From positions 1-63,673 of the IMG/VR virus record IMGVR_UViG_3300008261_000064: a DNA stretch of 63,673 nucleotides; one strand, written 5' to 3'. Below the pieces are notes generated by a model. That model worked only from the letters and a program-made list of their open reading frames with translations, was not told where the DNA came from and searched no databases. Below, one piece after another: positions 20,265-32,300 of this stretch (positions are counted from its first letter, which is position 1; the number at the start of each line of letters is the position of its first letter). Both the position numbers and the translations under genes were made by a program. The stretch is from a virus. Lineage: Duplodnaviria; Caudoviricetes.

Positions 20265-20948
20265 ATGGCATTCGGACTCTTAAATCTAGCGCAAACAGCT
20301 ATATCGGCAGCTCCACTTTTCTTTGGCGAGAATAATATATTTAGCGGAAAAGCAAGGAGAGCGACTAAGGAACTAAGGAATACATTTCAGCGTTCTCAAG
20401 ACATGCAACTGCCAAGTGAGTATAATGAGGCTATGCAGAATCTTAGGACTCAAGCTAGCGTTGGACTTCCATCTTCTACATTGGGATTATATAAGCAGCA
20501 GGCAGACAGACAGCAGGCTTCACAACTAGGAGCATTAGGGTCAAGAAGGTCTGCACTTGCTGGTATAGGCGGAATAGCCCAGGCTGGTCAGGATGCATCT
20601 TTGAGACTAGCGTCTATGCAAGGACAAGCTATGCAAGAAGGACAGCAAAGGCTCAACCAGGGTCTCATGCAGATGGGTGGGCTTAAGAGAGCAGAAGAGT
20701 TAAGAAAGATTGATGAAGCAAAAGATTATTGGGGAACTCAAAAAGCAGAAGTAAATAAGTCCATATCTTCTTCATTGGCTGCTGTTGGTTCATCACTTGG
20801 AACATCATTGACGGGTGATATGTACGCTGGTGAAGGCCAAAAAGGCCTTGGATTAAGTAAAATATTTAAAGGTAGACTTACTGGACAAGGAGTAGGAGCT
20901 GCCAACGCAATGGCTAATGTCATGAAATCTGGTAGAAAAGTATTTTAA
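20265..20948 (+). CDS. Internal virion / ejection protein
   Basis: G/A/Q-rich helical protein after the nozzle gene. Confidence 0.6.
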   Translation: MAFGLLNLAQTAISAAPLFFGENNIFSGKARRATKELRNTFQRSQDMQLPSEYNEAMQNLRTQASVGLPSSTLGLYKQQADRQQASQLGALGSRRSALAGIGGIAQAGQDASLRLASMQGQAMQEGQQRLNQGLMQMGGLKRAEELRKIDEAKDYWGTQKAEVNKSISSSLAAVGSSLGTSLTGDMYAGEGQKGLGLSKIFKGRLTGQGVGAANAMANVMKSGRKVF

Positions 20949-20958
20949 AACAATATAA

Positions 20959-22251
20959 ATGGCACAATACCAACCATCATACGTAGACGTAAGCGGATTC
21001 TCTAAGGCTATAAGCGATGCTGCATATAAGGCACAGCAGATGGCTATGAAGTATGACGATTACATGAATAAGTCGATAGACAACCAGTATAAGTCTTATT
21101 CAGGTAAATTAAGAAAACAAGATGCAGCAAAGTTTGATGCGTACTTTTCAGATTACTCTGAAGCTCAAAAACAGTTTCAAAGATTAAATAGAGGTGGTCG
21201 TAGTAGTTCTGAAATAAGACAGGCTAATGAAATTGCTCAGGAAAAGAAAAGACTAATGGTTGATTTTGTTGATAGGTCTACAAAATATGGGCAAGTTCAA
21301 GTTGGAGTTGGTAAGCTATACAAAGATGGAAGCAAGCTCTTAAATAAGAGTAAATATAATCAAGTATACTCATCATTAGATATGTACGATGCTGATGAAC
21401 TAAATAACATGTATGGTGCTCCAGAAAAAGTACCAACAGATTTTGAAGCAAAAAAAGAAGATATTGATACAAAGAAATATTTTGGTACAATCAAAGGGTT
21501 TAGTAAGATAGGAAATATTGCTAATAATAAAATTGAAGATTATAAAGTAGACCCTTCTACAAATCAACGTATAACCAAGTCGGTATCAATACCAGAAATA
21601 GGAGAGATAGAAGTACCTATAAAAGTAGTAAGAATAGGAATGACTCCACAGGAGGCAAGAAATGCTGTATGGGCATCATCTAAGGGAGAGTTTGAGGATG
21701 CTCCAGCTGTATATTTAAAAGACATTAACGATGGACTTGCCTCAAGCAATCCAGTGACTCAAAAACAATCAAAAGATATATTGGCTAGAGCAATGGCTAC
21801 GTATGGTATTGCAGACCCAACTCAAGTTACAGGTATTGATATATTAGCTCAATCTATTTTAGACCAATCTCAGCAAACGATAGAGGTTGAAGACTGGAGT
21901 ACTTTAAAGACTTTTGAAAGCATACTTGCAGGAAGGCAAAGATTGAGCCTTAGTAAGCAAAAGTTAGCATTAGCTAAAAAGGCGTATAATGATGCAAAAA
22001 GCCAATCTTCTTTAAGGCAAGGTCAATCTGTTATAAACTTTATGAAATCTATGGTTGAGTCTGGCCTTGTATATGATAATGACGCAAAGAATTTTGCAAA
22101 TGGTTTCCTAGGTAAATTTGGGCTTGAAGTCAATCCTGCTCAAGCTGAGGCGTATAAGGTAACTCAAGGATTGAATAAGGTTGATATATCGGAAGAGGTG
22201 GCAACAAAAAAACTAGGTGAAAAAAAGAAGGTGCCCGTTAAGCAGCCTTAA
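20959..22251 (+). CDS. Internal virion / ejection protein
   Basis: Helical 430-aa protein in the podovirus ejectosome position. Confidence 0.55.
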   Translation: MAQYQPSYVDVSGFSKAISDAAYKAQQMAMKYDDYMNKSIDNQYKSYSGKLRKQDAAKFDAYFSDYSEAQKQFQRLNRGGRSSSEIRQANEIAQEKKRLMVDFVDRSTKYGQVQVGVGKLYKDGSKLLNKSKYNQVYSSLDMYDADELNNMYGAPEKVPTDFEAKKEDIDTKKYFGTIKGFSKIGNIANNKIEDYKVDPSTNQRITKSVSIPEIGEIEVPIKVVRIGMTPQEARNAVWASSKGEFEDAPAVYLKDINDGLASSNPVTQKQSKDILARAMATYGIADPTQVTGIDILAQSILDQSQQTIEVEDWSTLKTFESILAGRQRLSLSKQKLALAKKAYNDAKSQSSLRQGQSVINFMKSMVESGLVYDNDAKNFANGFLGKFGLEVNPAQAEAYKVTQGLNKVDISEEVATKKLGEKKKVPVKQP

Positions 22252-22280
22252 ATTATCCTTTAATTAGTTAACTTTGAGGC

Positions 22281-25200
22281 ATGGGATTAAGTAAAAAACC
22301 GAATGCTGAAGGGCCTAAGAAGCCTACCCCTTCAGAGATGGCTCTTATTTCAAGGTTCATGTCTGAAAAAATAGGCAAGCCAAAGCCAACTGTGGTAGAT
22401 AAAAAAGCTGTGCAAGATGCTTTTCAACGGGCGCAAGAAAGAGGTGTTGTTCCAAAAGCAAAGGAGTTGCCTCCTCCAACAACAATGGCTACTCCTAAGC
22501 AAGTATCAGAATCTCAAGCAGCTGAATCAAAAGCACTTATAAGCGGTGATAAAGAAGCAATTGATAATGCTCTTATAGGGTATAATGCAAATAGGGTTCA
22601 GCAGGGTTTTATAGAAGCGGATGCTTATAAGAATACAATAGACAGGATGGCTAAATCGGAAGGTATGCCAACCCCATTGATAGGCTCAGAAAAATATAAC
22701 GAATACAGTAAGCAAATTGAACAGAATAAGGGTAGTTTTTCTCTTGGCGCAGATGAAAGAGGTGAGCCTATTTTAACAGAAAAAATGGGTTTATGGGAGT
22801 CTTTTATGAATGGTTATGACGCATATAATAATGCCATTTTTTATGGAAAATATTATCAAGAAAACGACCCTCTAAAAAACATTAGATTACTTGAGGCTAA
22901 AAGAAGAGGCCTGATTTCTGATGAAAGATTTACAGGTGATTTTTTTACGGGTTCGAGAAGCAGGAAGGAATCAAGATTTGCAAGGACACCAAATCAATTT
23001 ATGGCAACTCTTGGTGGATTACAAAAACCAATTACAGATGGTGCTGTTATTGGATTAATGACAGCTGCATATAATTATGCAACTGGTGGAACTGCAGCAA
23101 TAGCACAAACGGCATCTGGTATTGGGATGTTTGGTACTGTTGGTCAAGATATGGTTAATTCAAGATATGGTTCTTCTCTTGAAGAAAACTATTTTTTAGC
23201 AAGGCAGCAAAACATGAGCGAAAAAGATGCTTATGAAAAGGCCGTTTCTGTAGCAAAACAGGCAGCAGTGTATGAAACAGCTGCTCAGATTCCATTCTCA
23301 TTTTCGGGGGCTATTTCAGGTATTGCAGGAATGAAAGGGCTACCTTCCTCTTCTATGAAGCTTGCAGAGAAAGCACCTGCGATAGAAAAATCAATAAAGA
23401 CATTTGCAAAAGGATTTGCTGAAAACGCAAAGGCTGGACTAGGGCTTTCTGGTATTATGGCTCTTGGCAGAACAGGCACAGATATAAAATCAGAACAGGA
23501 AGGAATAAATATTGAAAATAATATAGAAAGAGCAATTACAGAAGGCGGACATATGATGGCTATGCACATGGGCATACATGCCCTAACATCTGCCCCTGCT
23601 GCACTTTCTGCTGTTCCAAAAAGCTTTAAATCATTTGCTAAAAAACTGTTGTCAACAGATGAAAGCACTGTGATGAGTTTTATAGATGTTATGGAATCAG
23701 CTGGGCTATATAATCCAGGAACAAAAGATAAGATTAAGAAAGAAATAAAGTCATATAAGAATGCAGAAAATAAAACTCCAAAATTTGGAGGGGATGAGGA
23801 AAGAAGGACTATAGCTTCAGGACTTATAGAAAAAAGAACAAATCTTGAAAAAGAGATGTCTGGAATAGATAAAGAATTCCAAGCCCCTATTCAAGTTCAG
23901 ATAGACGAAATAAATACAAGGCTTAGAAAGCTTAACGAAGTAGAAAACCCATTTGAGGTAGAGATTACTGATGAGGGTAAACCATTTACAACTAAAACTC
24001 AAGAAGATGCCACTAAAATCAGCACAGGGCAAGTCCAAGAAAGCACTACAGAAAGCGGTGTCAGCCAATATCAGGGAGTTGAAGAAGTCAAACCTGTCGA
24101 AGTCGCCAAGCAAACAGAGGTCGCAACAGCAGATATTGGCGATAGCCCTGTCATCAGCGAGGCGCAACAAGTAAAACTTTCTGATAAGATTAGAAGACTT
24201 AAAATTGATGAGTCTGTTCTTACCGGTGGAGATAAAGGTGTTGCTCAATCTAATATTGCAGGTCTCCCAATAGGGATATATAATGCATCTGTTGAGGCTA
24301 TTGCTCTTAGTGTAGAAGCGGGAGAAACAATTGCCGCTGCAATACAAAAACAGATAAAATCACTTAGGGAAGGAGGATATGAGGTTGACGAAGCTAGGTT
24401 CACCAAGAATGTGAATATTATAGAAAAGGTAAATACTGATAAGGCAAGGTTGAGGTCTGAGGCAGAAATGGAGGGTATTAATAGTGCAGACTATGCTGAA
24501 CTTCAGAGAATAGCTCTTGAGAAGTATAATGAGAATGAGATTTACAGAGACCCTGTTGAAATGGGCAAGATTCTCAGAAGAAAACTTTCTGAAAAAGGTG
24601 TAGATACATCAAAAATATCTGATGATGTATTTGAGACAATAGGCTATTCTATACTTGATGAAGAAGCTCCATTCCTTCCTGGAACTGCAAAGAAAATCCC
24701 TCTGCCTACAGAATCATATTCTAAAGAGCAAGTACTCACTAATCCAAGGGAAGTATTTAAGGCTATATATAGAGCTGCTGAAACACAAGCTAAAGAAGCC
24801 AAACAAAGACTATCTATAGCAACAAAGGATATAGCTGATGCTATAGCTGAATCTGTTTATAAATCAAAAGGTTTAAGATTAAATCCAAAGTCAATAACTA
24901 GGGCTATAAAAATGTTTGTTAATGACAAGATGGATACGGAAACAGCTTCTATAGCCTTTCAAGAAAATATAAACGAAATTAGAAGGGCAGCAGAGAATTC
25001 TATTAGATTTGGTCAAGTAAAAAAGTTAATATCTAATATTAGAAATTCATCAAAGAGTAGTACATACGGAACAATAGCAACTAGGGAAACTACAAGAGAT
25101 ATGGACTTTATGGCCCCTTCTAAAATAAGGGACTATGATAAAAATGGAAATGTACTTGATACAGATACATCTCTAAATAAGTATGAAGCTCTTCTTGAAG

Positions 25201-28200
25201 ATTATAGGAAATCAATAAGCGGAGAATCTCCGGATGCAAAACAAGCAAGAGTTAATCTTTCAGATTTCCTTGCAGAACAAAGAGATTTATATGAAAACGC
25301 TCAAATTAAAAAGAGAGAAGCAAAAAAAGCTGAATACGAGGCTAAATACGATAAACTATTAGCTGAAGGTAAGATTTCCATAGATGAAGATACAAGCAGT
25401 CCAAATTATGGTAAACCAGCAGTATCAAAAGAAGAGTTTGTTGAGGGGATGCTTAATCCAAATAAAGAAAAAACACAAAATACGGAAGACCTTATAGGAG
25501 AGGCTGAAGCCGAAGAAGCCCCGTCCGTATCAGAACAGATAAAATCAAGGCAAGAGGTTCTGTTGGAATCTATACAAGATGGTGAGATTGAAACAGAGCT
25601 TATTCAAGATGCTAAAGAACTTGCTGGTATAGATGTAAATAGAGTTTCTCCTAATAACCTAAAAAGATTATCAAACATCATAGAGGATATTCTAAATGGA
25701 GAAGAGCCATCTTGGGTGGGTCAAATGAGAACAGACGTAGAGTCTAATAAGCTAATGGAAAATACGACTAATTTAAACGTAGACATTAGGCCAATAACAA
25801 AGATTCAAAAAGCTGGTATAGTAAATTATGTAAAAAGTCTTATAAATCAAGATTGGGTAAAAGGTAATGGATTCGATACGCTTGGCATTACAAATATGTT
25901 AAGAGTATTAACATCTACAGATAAGGCAACATCCTTACTTAGGTCAATGACAATAGGACCATTTGAAAGGGCTGTAAGAGAAGTTAACACTATATCCAAA
26001 GCTTTTACAAAAGACCTTTCAGATGTATTTACTGGAAAGTCTGCAACAATAAATGGACAGCAGGTTAGATTCACTTCTCCTAAACTTATAGAAAAAAATT
26101 CTTATAGGATAGGCCTGGCATCTGCTCTTGAACAAGTAGAGGACTTTAATCTTAGCCTTCAAAATATGATTGAAAGTTTAAAATATTACTCAAAAGTAAA
26201 TGCAGACGAAGGTGGTTATCATAATTATTTAAGCAATACTAAGGAGGCATTAACAAGCCTTGGTTTAGTAGATGGTTTTGTTTATAATTCCGATGGTTCA
26301 ATATCAGACATTGTAATATCAAGCGATGCGTCTTTGCCTAAGATTCTTGGAAATCTTAATGATAGAGAGAGCGCTGCATTGTCTGTATCAAAGCAAGGAT
26401 TTAAGGGCTTATCACTAGATGTTAGAAAAGCTGCAAGAGATTACTATGGCGTAAATCTAGATATTTCATCACCGGAATATCTACCAAGGGTTTTGCTTGG
26501 TAATCAAAAGGACATACTGTTAGACTTTGATAATCCAGTGTTCAGTACATTGCCAGCCCATATAAAAAAGATGAGGGCTAGTTCTACGTTTGAGAGAACA
26601 CCCAATCTTAATGCAAAGGGAGGATACGGTAACTATATACTTTACGACTTTGATTTCTTCAGAAGGATTCCTGAAAAGTATCATGAAACAGCTACAACTG
26701 CATATACATCAGAATCTACATCTGTGATGTCGAAGTATTTGAATAGTAAAGAGTTTGGAAACTTTATTCAAGGAAAGTTTAATGCAGACCCTAAATATTT
26801 TATTACAAACAAAAAAGAGTTCATAAAACATATTAACGAATATGTTAATATGGAAAGAAAGCCGTATGTTGTAACAAAAGAGATTGCGCAGCAGAGAAGC
26901 AGATTAATGAGGTTTGTGTATGGCAAATTATTGAATACATGGGATGCGGCAGCTAAACAATATATACCAGGAACTATAACCTTGATGACAGAAGCTGGTG
27001 GTGTGCCATTCTTAAAAGCGAATGACCTTTATTACAAATCTCTTAAAACTAGTAAAGGGGCGGATTTGATAAATAAGTTTCTGTTTCAAACTAGCCAAGT
27101 AAGTAGAGCAACATCCGGAGTTGAGGCGTTAAGGGCAACAGGAGCAAATATTGATAATAATTCTTTCATTAGAGGGTTAAAGGATGTTTCTGATGTGCTT
27201 GATAATAATATGCTTACAGGAAGTGCTTCTCTTGCATTTGGAGATAATATGGTAACAATACAGGGACTTCTTGTTGGATATATGAAAGGCTTAAAGCTAA
27301 GTGGTAAGCTAAAAAACTATTCAGAGTTTAATCTTGAATCTGAACTTAATAATGGGTTAGACCAATATGCGTTATCTTATGCAGAGAACTTCTTGTCATT
27401 CATAAATAATGAATCAAATTTTGCAGGCAAGGCAAAGATATTTAGGGAGGGTGATTTTAGCACATTGAGGATGCTTCAGTCTTTTAACCATAATCAGACT
27501 ACAAACTTTCTGATTGACTTGGGAAGATTAACAGATTCATTTAGGGGACAGGGGAATTCGGACGCAAGAAATGAGGCTATAAAGAGAATGATTCAATTTG
27601 CATCTAACCAAATATTATTTGGAACAACAAGTTATTTACTCGGAAATCTATCGTATAATACTGCTAAAACAGTTATGGATGCTTATGGCGTTCAATTTAG
27701 CGGCGATAAGTCAACAGAAGAAGCAGAAAAGGATAAAACAGCTACTAGGATAGGAGTTGGTCTTTTTACAGATGCTATGCTTGGTAGACAGAACATTGTA
27801 TTTGCTCAGGGTGTTAAGGCAGGCTTGAAGGGTAGTATAGATTATTTTCAAACCAGGAAAAGAAAAGAGATGGAGGCCATGGGTTATGACGCTTCTAAGA
27901 CTTTATCAGCAAAGGGCTACTCTCCTATATTTAAGAATGATTATATAGGCGCATTTGGAACATTTGTTCAAGATGCCGAAAGGTATTATAATATGGCGAG
28001 AAGAGAAGAGGATTATACATCTACTTTAGAAGAATCTCAAAAGAATTCGCTTAGGGCTGCAGCTTATATTAAAGGAGCATCATTGTTGTTCCCATCAAGG
28101 GACTTAGAAAGACTTGCTTTTAGTATTGAAAAGAATATATTATACAAAAAGGTTCAGCAATTAGACTATGATGCATATATGCTTTCTATGTCAAGAAATG

Positions 28201-28793
28201 ATGGGAATGCTTTCTTCCCGCTACAGGTAAAAGAGGCAAACGATTATCTTAACATGAGAAGAGCTCAAGACCCAAGATTTAATGTATACCTAGAAACTAA
28301 GGTTGGCCCAAGGGGTGAGACAATGGTAAATAGGGAGACTATAAAAGATATGGCTAAAAGTAAATTCCCTAATACAGACTTTAATAATGTTGTATCTAGT
28401 ATATTTGACAATAAGGTTAAGGATAAGGTTCTTGTTCTAAATAATAGATATCCAATTGTATATCCAAGTGGAACAACAATACCATTGAGCCAACTGAATA
28501 AGGTAAATAGTCCTGCAAATAAAGAGATTAAGTTTATGTTGGAAAATGGACTTCTTACAGCAGAAGAGTATGCGTTCTCTATAGGTTTTGATAAAAACGG
28601 CAGGGTAAGGACAGACATAAGTGAAGATGCATTAAATGAAGAGGTTGTTAAAAGATATGCGGAGGCTATATCATACCCGGCTGTTAAAAGGACTATTGAG
28701 GGCGGAACAGACCAGGTTCAGTACGATGAAATATGGAAAGCATTTAAGAAATTCTCATCAGAAAGGTACGTGCTGAAACAGAGGGCGAAATAG
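22281..28793 (+). CDS. Giant internal virion / ejection protein (2170 aa)
   Basis: Size, helical composition, G/A-rich hydrophobic patches; third of three ejection-type genes. Confidence 0.6.
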   Translation: MGLSKKPNAEGPKKPTPSEMALISRFMSEKIGKPKPTVVDKKAVQDAFQRAQERGVVPKAKELPPPTTMATPKQVSESQAAESKALISGDKEAIDNALIGYNANRVQQGFIEADAYKNTIDRMAKSEGMPTPLIGSEKYNEYSKQIEQNKGSFSLGADERGEPILTEKMGLWESFMNGYDAYNNAIFYGKYYQENDPLKNIRLLEAKRRGLISDERFTGDFFTGSRSRKESRFARTPNQFMATLGGLQKPITDGAVIGLMTAAYNYATGGTAAIAQTASGIGMFGTVGQDMVNSRYGSSLEENYFLARQQNMSEKDAYEKAVSVAKQAAVYETAAQIPFSFSGAISGIAGMKGLPSSSMKLAEKAPAIEKSIKTFAKGFAENAKAGLGLSGIMALGRTGTDIKSEQEGINIENNIERAITEGGHMMAMHMGIHALTSAPAALSAVPKSFKSFAKKLLSTDESTVMSFIDVMESAGLYNPGTKDKIKKEIKSYKNAENKTPKFGGDEERRTIASGLIEKRTNLEKEMSGIDKEFQAPIQVQIDEINTRLRKLNEVENPFEVEITDEGKPFTTKTQEDATKISTGQVQESTTESGVSQYQGVEEVKPVEVAKQTEVATADIGDSPVISEAQQVKLSDKIRRLKIDESVLTGGDKGVAQSNIAGLPIGIYNASVEAIALSVEAGETIAAAIQKQIKSLREGGYEVDEARFTKNVNIIEKVNTDKARLRSEAEMEGINSADYAELQRIALEKYNENEIYRDPVEMGKILRRKLSEKGVDTSKISDDVFETIGYSILDEEAPFLPGTAKKIPLPTESYSKEQVLTNPREVFKAIYRAAETQAKEAKQRLSIATKDIADAIAESVYKSKGLRLNPKSITRAIKMFVNDKMDTETASIAFQENINEIRRAAENSIRFGQVKKLISNIRNSSKSSTYGTIATRETTRDMDFMAPSKIRDYDKNGNVLDTDTSLNKYEALLEDYRKSISGESPDAKQARVNLSDFLAEQRDLYENAQIKKREAKKAEYEAKYDKLLAEGKISIDEDTSSPNYGKPAVSKEEFVEGMLNPNKEKTQNTEDLIGEAEAEEAPSVSEQIKSRQEVLLESIQDGEIETELIQDAKELAGIDVNRVSPNNLKRLSNIIEDILNGEEPSWVGQMRTDVESNKLMENTTNLNVDIRPITKIQKAGIVNYVKSLINQDWVKGNGFDTLGITNMLRVLTSTDKATSLLRSMTIGPFERAVREVNTISKAFTKDLSDVFTGKSATINGQQVRFTSPKLIEKNSYRIGLASALEQVEDFNLSLQNMIESLKYYSKVNADEGGYHNYLSNTKEALTSLGLVDGFVYNSDGSISDIVISSDASLPKILGNLNDRESAALSVSKQGFKGLSLDVRKAARDYYGVNLDISSPEYLPRVLLGNQKDILLDFDNPVFSTLPAHIKKMRASSTFERTPNLNAKGGYGNYILYDFDFFRRIPEKYHETATTAYTSESTSVMSKYLNSKEFGNFIQGKFNADPKYFITNKKEFIKHINEYVNMERKPYVVTKEIAQQRSRLMRFVYGKLLNTWDAAAKQYIPGTITLMTEAGGVPFLKANDLYYKSLKTSKGADLINKFLFQTSQVSRATSGVEALRATGANIDNNSFIRGLKDVSDVLDNNMLTGSASLAFGDNMVTIQGLLVGYMKGLKLSGKLKNYSEFNLESELNNGLDQYALSYAENFLSFINNESNFAGKAKIFREGDFSTLRMLQSFNHNQTTNFLIDLGRLTDSFRGQGNSDARNEAIKRMIQFASNQILFGTTSYLLGNLSYNTAKTVMDAYGVQFSGDKSTEEAEKDKTATRIGVGLFTDAMLGRQNIVFAQGVKAGLKGSIDYFQTRKRKEMEAMGYDASKTLSAKGYSPIFKNDYIGAFGTFVQDAERYYNMARREEDYTSTLEESQKNSLRAAAYIKGASLLFPSRDLERLAFSIEKNILYKKVQQLDYDAYMLSMSRNDGNAFFPLQVKEANDYLNMRRAQDPRFNVYLETKVGPRGETMVNRETIKDMAKSKFPNTDFNNVVSSIFDNKVKDKVLVLNNRYPIVYPSGTTIPLSQLNKVNSPANKEIKFMLENGLLTAEEYAFSIGFDKNGRVRTDISEDALNEEVVKRYAEAISYPAVKRTIEGGTDQVQYDEIWKAFKKFSSERYVLKQRAK
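24007..24174 (+). CDS. Nested out-of-frame small basic protein (55 aa)
   Basis: MPLKSAQGKSKKALQKAVSANIRELKKS...QQILAIALSSARRNK; A-rich start context. Confidence 0.7.
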   Translation: MPLKSAQGKSKKALQKAVSANIRELKKSNLSKSPSKQRSQQQILAIALSSARRNK

Positions 28794-28827
28794 AGGTTTT
28801 TGGGTATATTTGCATAAATAGAATACC

Positions 28828-29382
28828 ATGCCTTTTTTAGCAGCATTCACGGTAACTCAAGGAGCAGACTGTTCTCAGTTCTCCGTAAATGACACCTCTG
28901 ACTATACTGTTGAGGGTACAGGAACGTTTACGGCTAGAAAACTTACTATACAGAAATCAGACGGTAGCTTTCTTAAAGTTGGGAATACCACATATAACGA
29001 ATATGTATGGCCTTTTGGAGCAGGTAATACACTTACCCTAAGTGGTGTAGACCAGTATCTTAAGCCGTACATAGATGTAGACTACTCATTTCAGATAACG
29101 CTCGCTCTAACGCCTACATCGGCACAGCCGGGCAGTATATACACCAAGACTAACATAGCTGTTCTTGTGTGCTACACCATGAGTGGATTCTATACATTTG
29201 CATATAAGATGGCACTGAATCCTTCCCTTGAGAAAGACTACAAGTTTGTAAAGGACGTAATGCGGTTGTGGATAGAGCAAGAATCGGCCAAGAAATCTGG
29301 CCTTGACGGAGACTTCCAATCATCTCAATCGTGCCTTGACAGAGCAAAATATATCATTGACAACCTAACAGTGGGTTACTAA
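28828..29382 (+). CDS. Virion structural protein (tail/fibre base)
   Basis: Beta-rich N-terminus, helical C-terminus; first gene of the fibre operon. Confidence 0.5.
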   Translation: MPFLAAFTVTQGADCSQFSVNDTSDYTVEGTGTFTARKLTIQKSDGSFLKVGNTTYNEYVWPFGAGNTLTLSGVDQYLKPYIDVDYSFQITLALTPTSAQPGSIYTKTNIAVLVCYTMSGFYTFAYKMALNPSLEKDYKFVKDVMRLWIEQESAKKSGLDGDFQSSQSCLDRAKYIIDNLTVGY

Positions 29383-29383
29383 T

Positions 29384-32300
29384 ATGGGATACACTCTACT
29401 ACAGATAGGTCAGATTCTCGCCAAGGCTGACAAGACCATGTATAAGATAGGTAATGTAGCCTACGATGACATGTTCTCGGAATTGGATGAGAAGTTGGAT
29501 TATGAGAGGGATATAATTTATATCTACAAGAAGGCTGTAGAGTATGCTGACGACTACTATGTAGGAACAGTAAAACTAGATACAGTAGTAGAGAGATTAG
29601 CCTCTAAGGTGGCTATTTACGATTATGGAAGCACTAACCCAATTTATTCTGACGCTACTGTTATAGTCAGTACAATTCCTAATGGAGCTGTATTGAATGA
29701 CCTGTACGATGTAACGATATCCAACCTACAGAACAATCAGATTCTTAAGTATAACGCATCTCTAGGGCAATGGGTAAATACGGGTACCAATGCGGCTATA
29801 AGGTCTACACAGTCCTTTACGGCTACTTTAAACCAAACTATATTTACAACTACAAGTCCATTTGAGCCTGCATTCTTGGATGTATTCTTGAATGGTGTTA
29901 GGCTAAACGGCTCAAGCTATACTACATTTGGTGATTATCAGATAACACTCCTTGACGGATGTTTGGCAGATGACATATTAGATGTAATTATATATGACCC
30001 AGTAACAGACATTTTGGATATTTCTGGGTATGTCAAGACTGATAGGACTATTACAATCAATGGTGTTACGCAAGACTTGAGTGCTAACAGGACATGGACT
30101 GTTGGCACTGGAGATATGAGTACTTCAGTGTATGATACTGATGCGGATGGTATTGTAGACGATGCTGAGAAGATAACTATCATAGCTAGGAACAGCACAG
30201 GTGCTACCATCCACAAGGGAAAGATAGTTTACCTACAAGGCTCTACAGGCAACAGGCCTAATATGTTGTTGGCTCAAGCCAACTCTGAGGCTACGTCTAG
30301 TAAGACATTTGGTGTGGTTGTTGAGGATATTGCTAACAACGCTGACGGCCATGTAGCTGCTATAGGCACGCTGCACGACTTGGATACTAGGTCAAATGCT
30401 ACTCATCCGTTCACTACAGATACGCTTGTAGACGGAGACTTGGTTTGGCTGTCTGCCACCAATCCGGGATACATAACTAGGACTCCGCCTACACAGCCCA
30501 ACCATACGGTATTTATAGGTGTTGTGGCAAGAACTACTCCTAGTTTTGGTAGGATTATCTATAAGATTCAAAATGGATTTGAGCTACAGGAGCTTCATAA
30601 TGTTCTGATAAGTTCTCTTGCAAACAATGACATACTTTATTATGATTCTGCAACTAGCTTGTGGAAGAATACTAACAAAAGTTCTTGGCTTGGGGGAACA
30701 TCTTCTCAGTTCTTGAAGGGTGATGGAAGCTTTGACAATAATACATATTTAACCCCATCTGTTGCTGCTTCTACATATGTTTCACTAACAGGAAGCTATG
30801 CAAATCCTTCTTGGATTACATCGTTGGATTGGGTTAAGATTTCTGGAGCTCCGGCGTTCTTGACTACGGAGACTGACCCTGTATTTAATGCTCATCCTGC
30901 GTACTACGTTACCAATACTAAGCTGTCACAGTGGGATGCTGCATATACTTGGGTAAATGCATTCCCCCCACAAACTGGAAATGGAGGTAAGTTCCTTACT
31001 ACAAATGGCGGAACTTTATCATGGGCTGATGTTGTTAGTGGTGTGTCTTCGTTCAATACAAGGACAGGAGCTGTAACACTTAACTCTTCAGATGTTACTA
31101 CAGCTTTAGGATATACCCCTGTAACCAATGCCAGAACACTCACCATCAACGGAACTACTTATGACTTGAGTGCTGATAGGAGCTGGACTATTCTAACAGG
31201 AGGTACTGTTACAAGTGTGGATTTATCTGCTCCTACGGGATTCGTAGTTACTGGCAATCCTATCACATCAAGTGGTACTCTTGCTTTATCATTTGCGAGT
31301 GGATACTCATTACCTACCACTGTAAAGCAGGGTAATTGGGATGATGCCTATACTTTCACAAGTGCCTTCCCTTCGCAAACGGGGAACAATGGCAAGTACC
31401 TAACGACTGATGGCAGTACACTTTCTTGGGGTACTGTATCAACTGCGAATATTTATAATAGCGATGGTACGCTGACGGGAAATAGGATTGTATCTCTTGA
31501 CTCTAAGCAACTTGTTTATAGAGATAGTAGTGCTAATCTCACAAACTATACATATTCTGTTGGTGTACCAACTGGAGTACCATCTTCATCTTGGCCATCA
31601 TCTGTTATCTATGAAGGGCAGTATCTAATTAGTTCAACAAGTAGTGCAGAACCTTTTAATACAAGACTGTGGGGTAGAAACCAAAGTGCAAGTATAAAAC
31701 AGCTTTGGGTCAACCAAGTTTATGCTGATATAACAGGAGAGTCAACAGGTGCTCCATATATTTACAATCAGACATTTAATACGAGAAGAGGTTCTCAATT
31801 AGATACATCTACTGCAAGCGGATGGATGGAAGGATTGAGAAACATAATTGGACACTTTTACGCAGGTGCACAATCAACCACCACTCAAATTAATACAAGC
31901 AGTTTGGTAGCTTATAGAAACAGCGTACTGAACTATGTTGGAAATATTACAAACACTTATGGAGTATTAAATGAGTTGCTTCAAAGCACTGCTGCATCTA
32001 CACAAAACTCTGCAATAACAAATTATTACGGGTTTTATAGTTCTGCAAATGTTGGAACAGCAAGTGGACCAACTGCATCAATTAGTAATTATTATGGGCT
32101 ATATCTTAACACACTAACTGTTGGAGCTACTGGAACAATAACAAATCGTTGGGGTGTTTATGCACCTGATTCTTCTATGAAGCATCACCTTAATGGTAAT
32201 GTTATTGTAGGAGGTTCTACAGACGCAGGTTATAAACTTGATGTGCAGGGGACTGCGAGGGTTACGGGGAATACAACAATTAATGGCAATCTCACATTAA

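Noticed and set aside
22281-28793. Virion RNA polymerase (size is similar to crAss-like enzymes)
   Set aside because: No DxDxD motif; the closest is YDFDFF.
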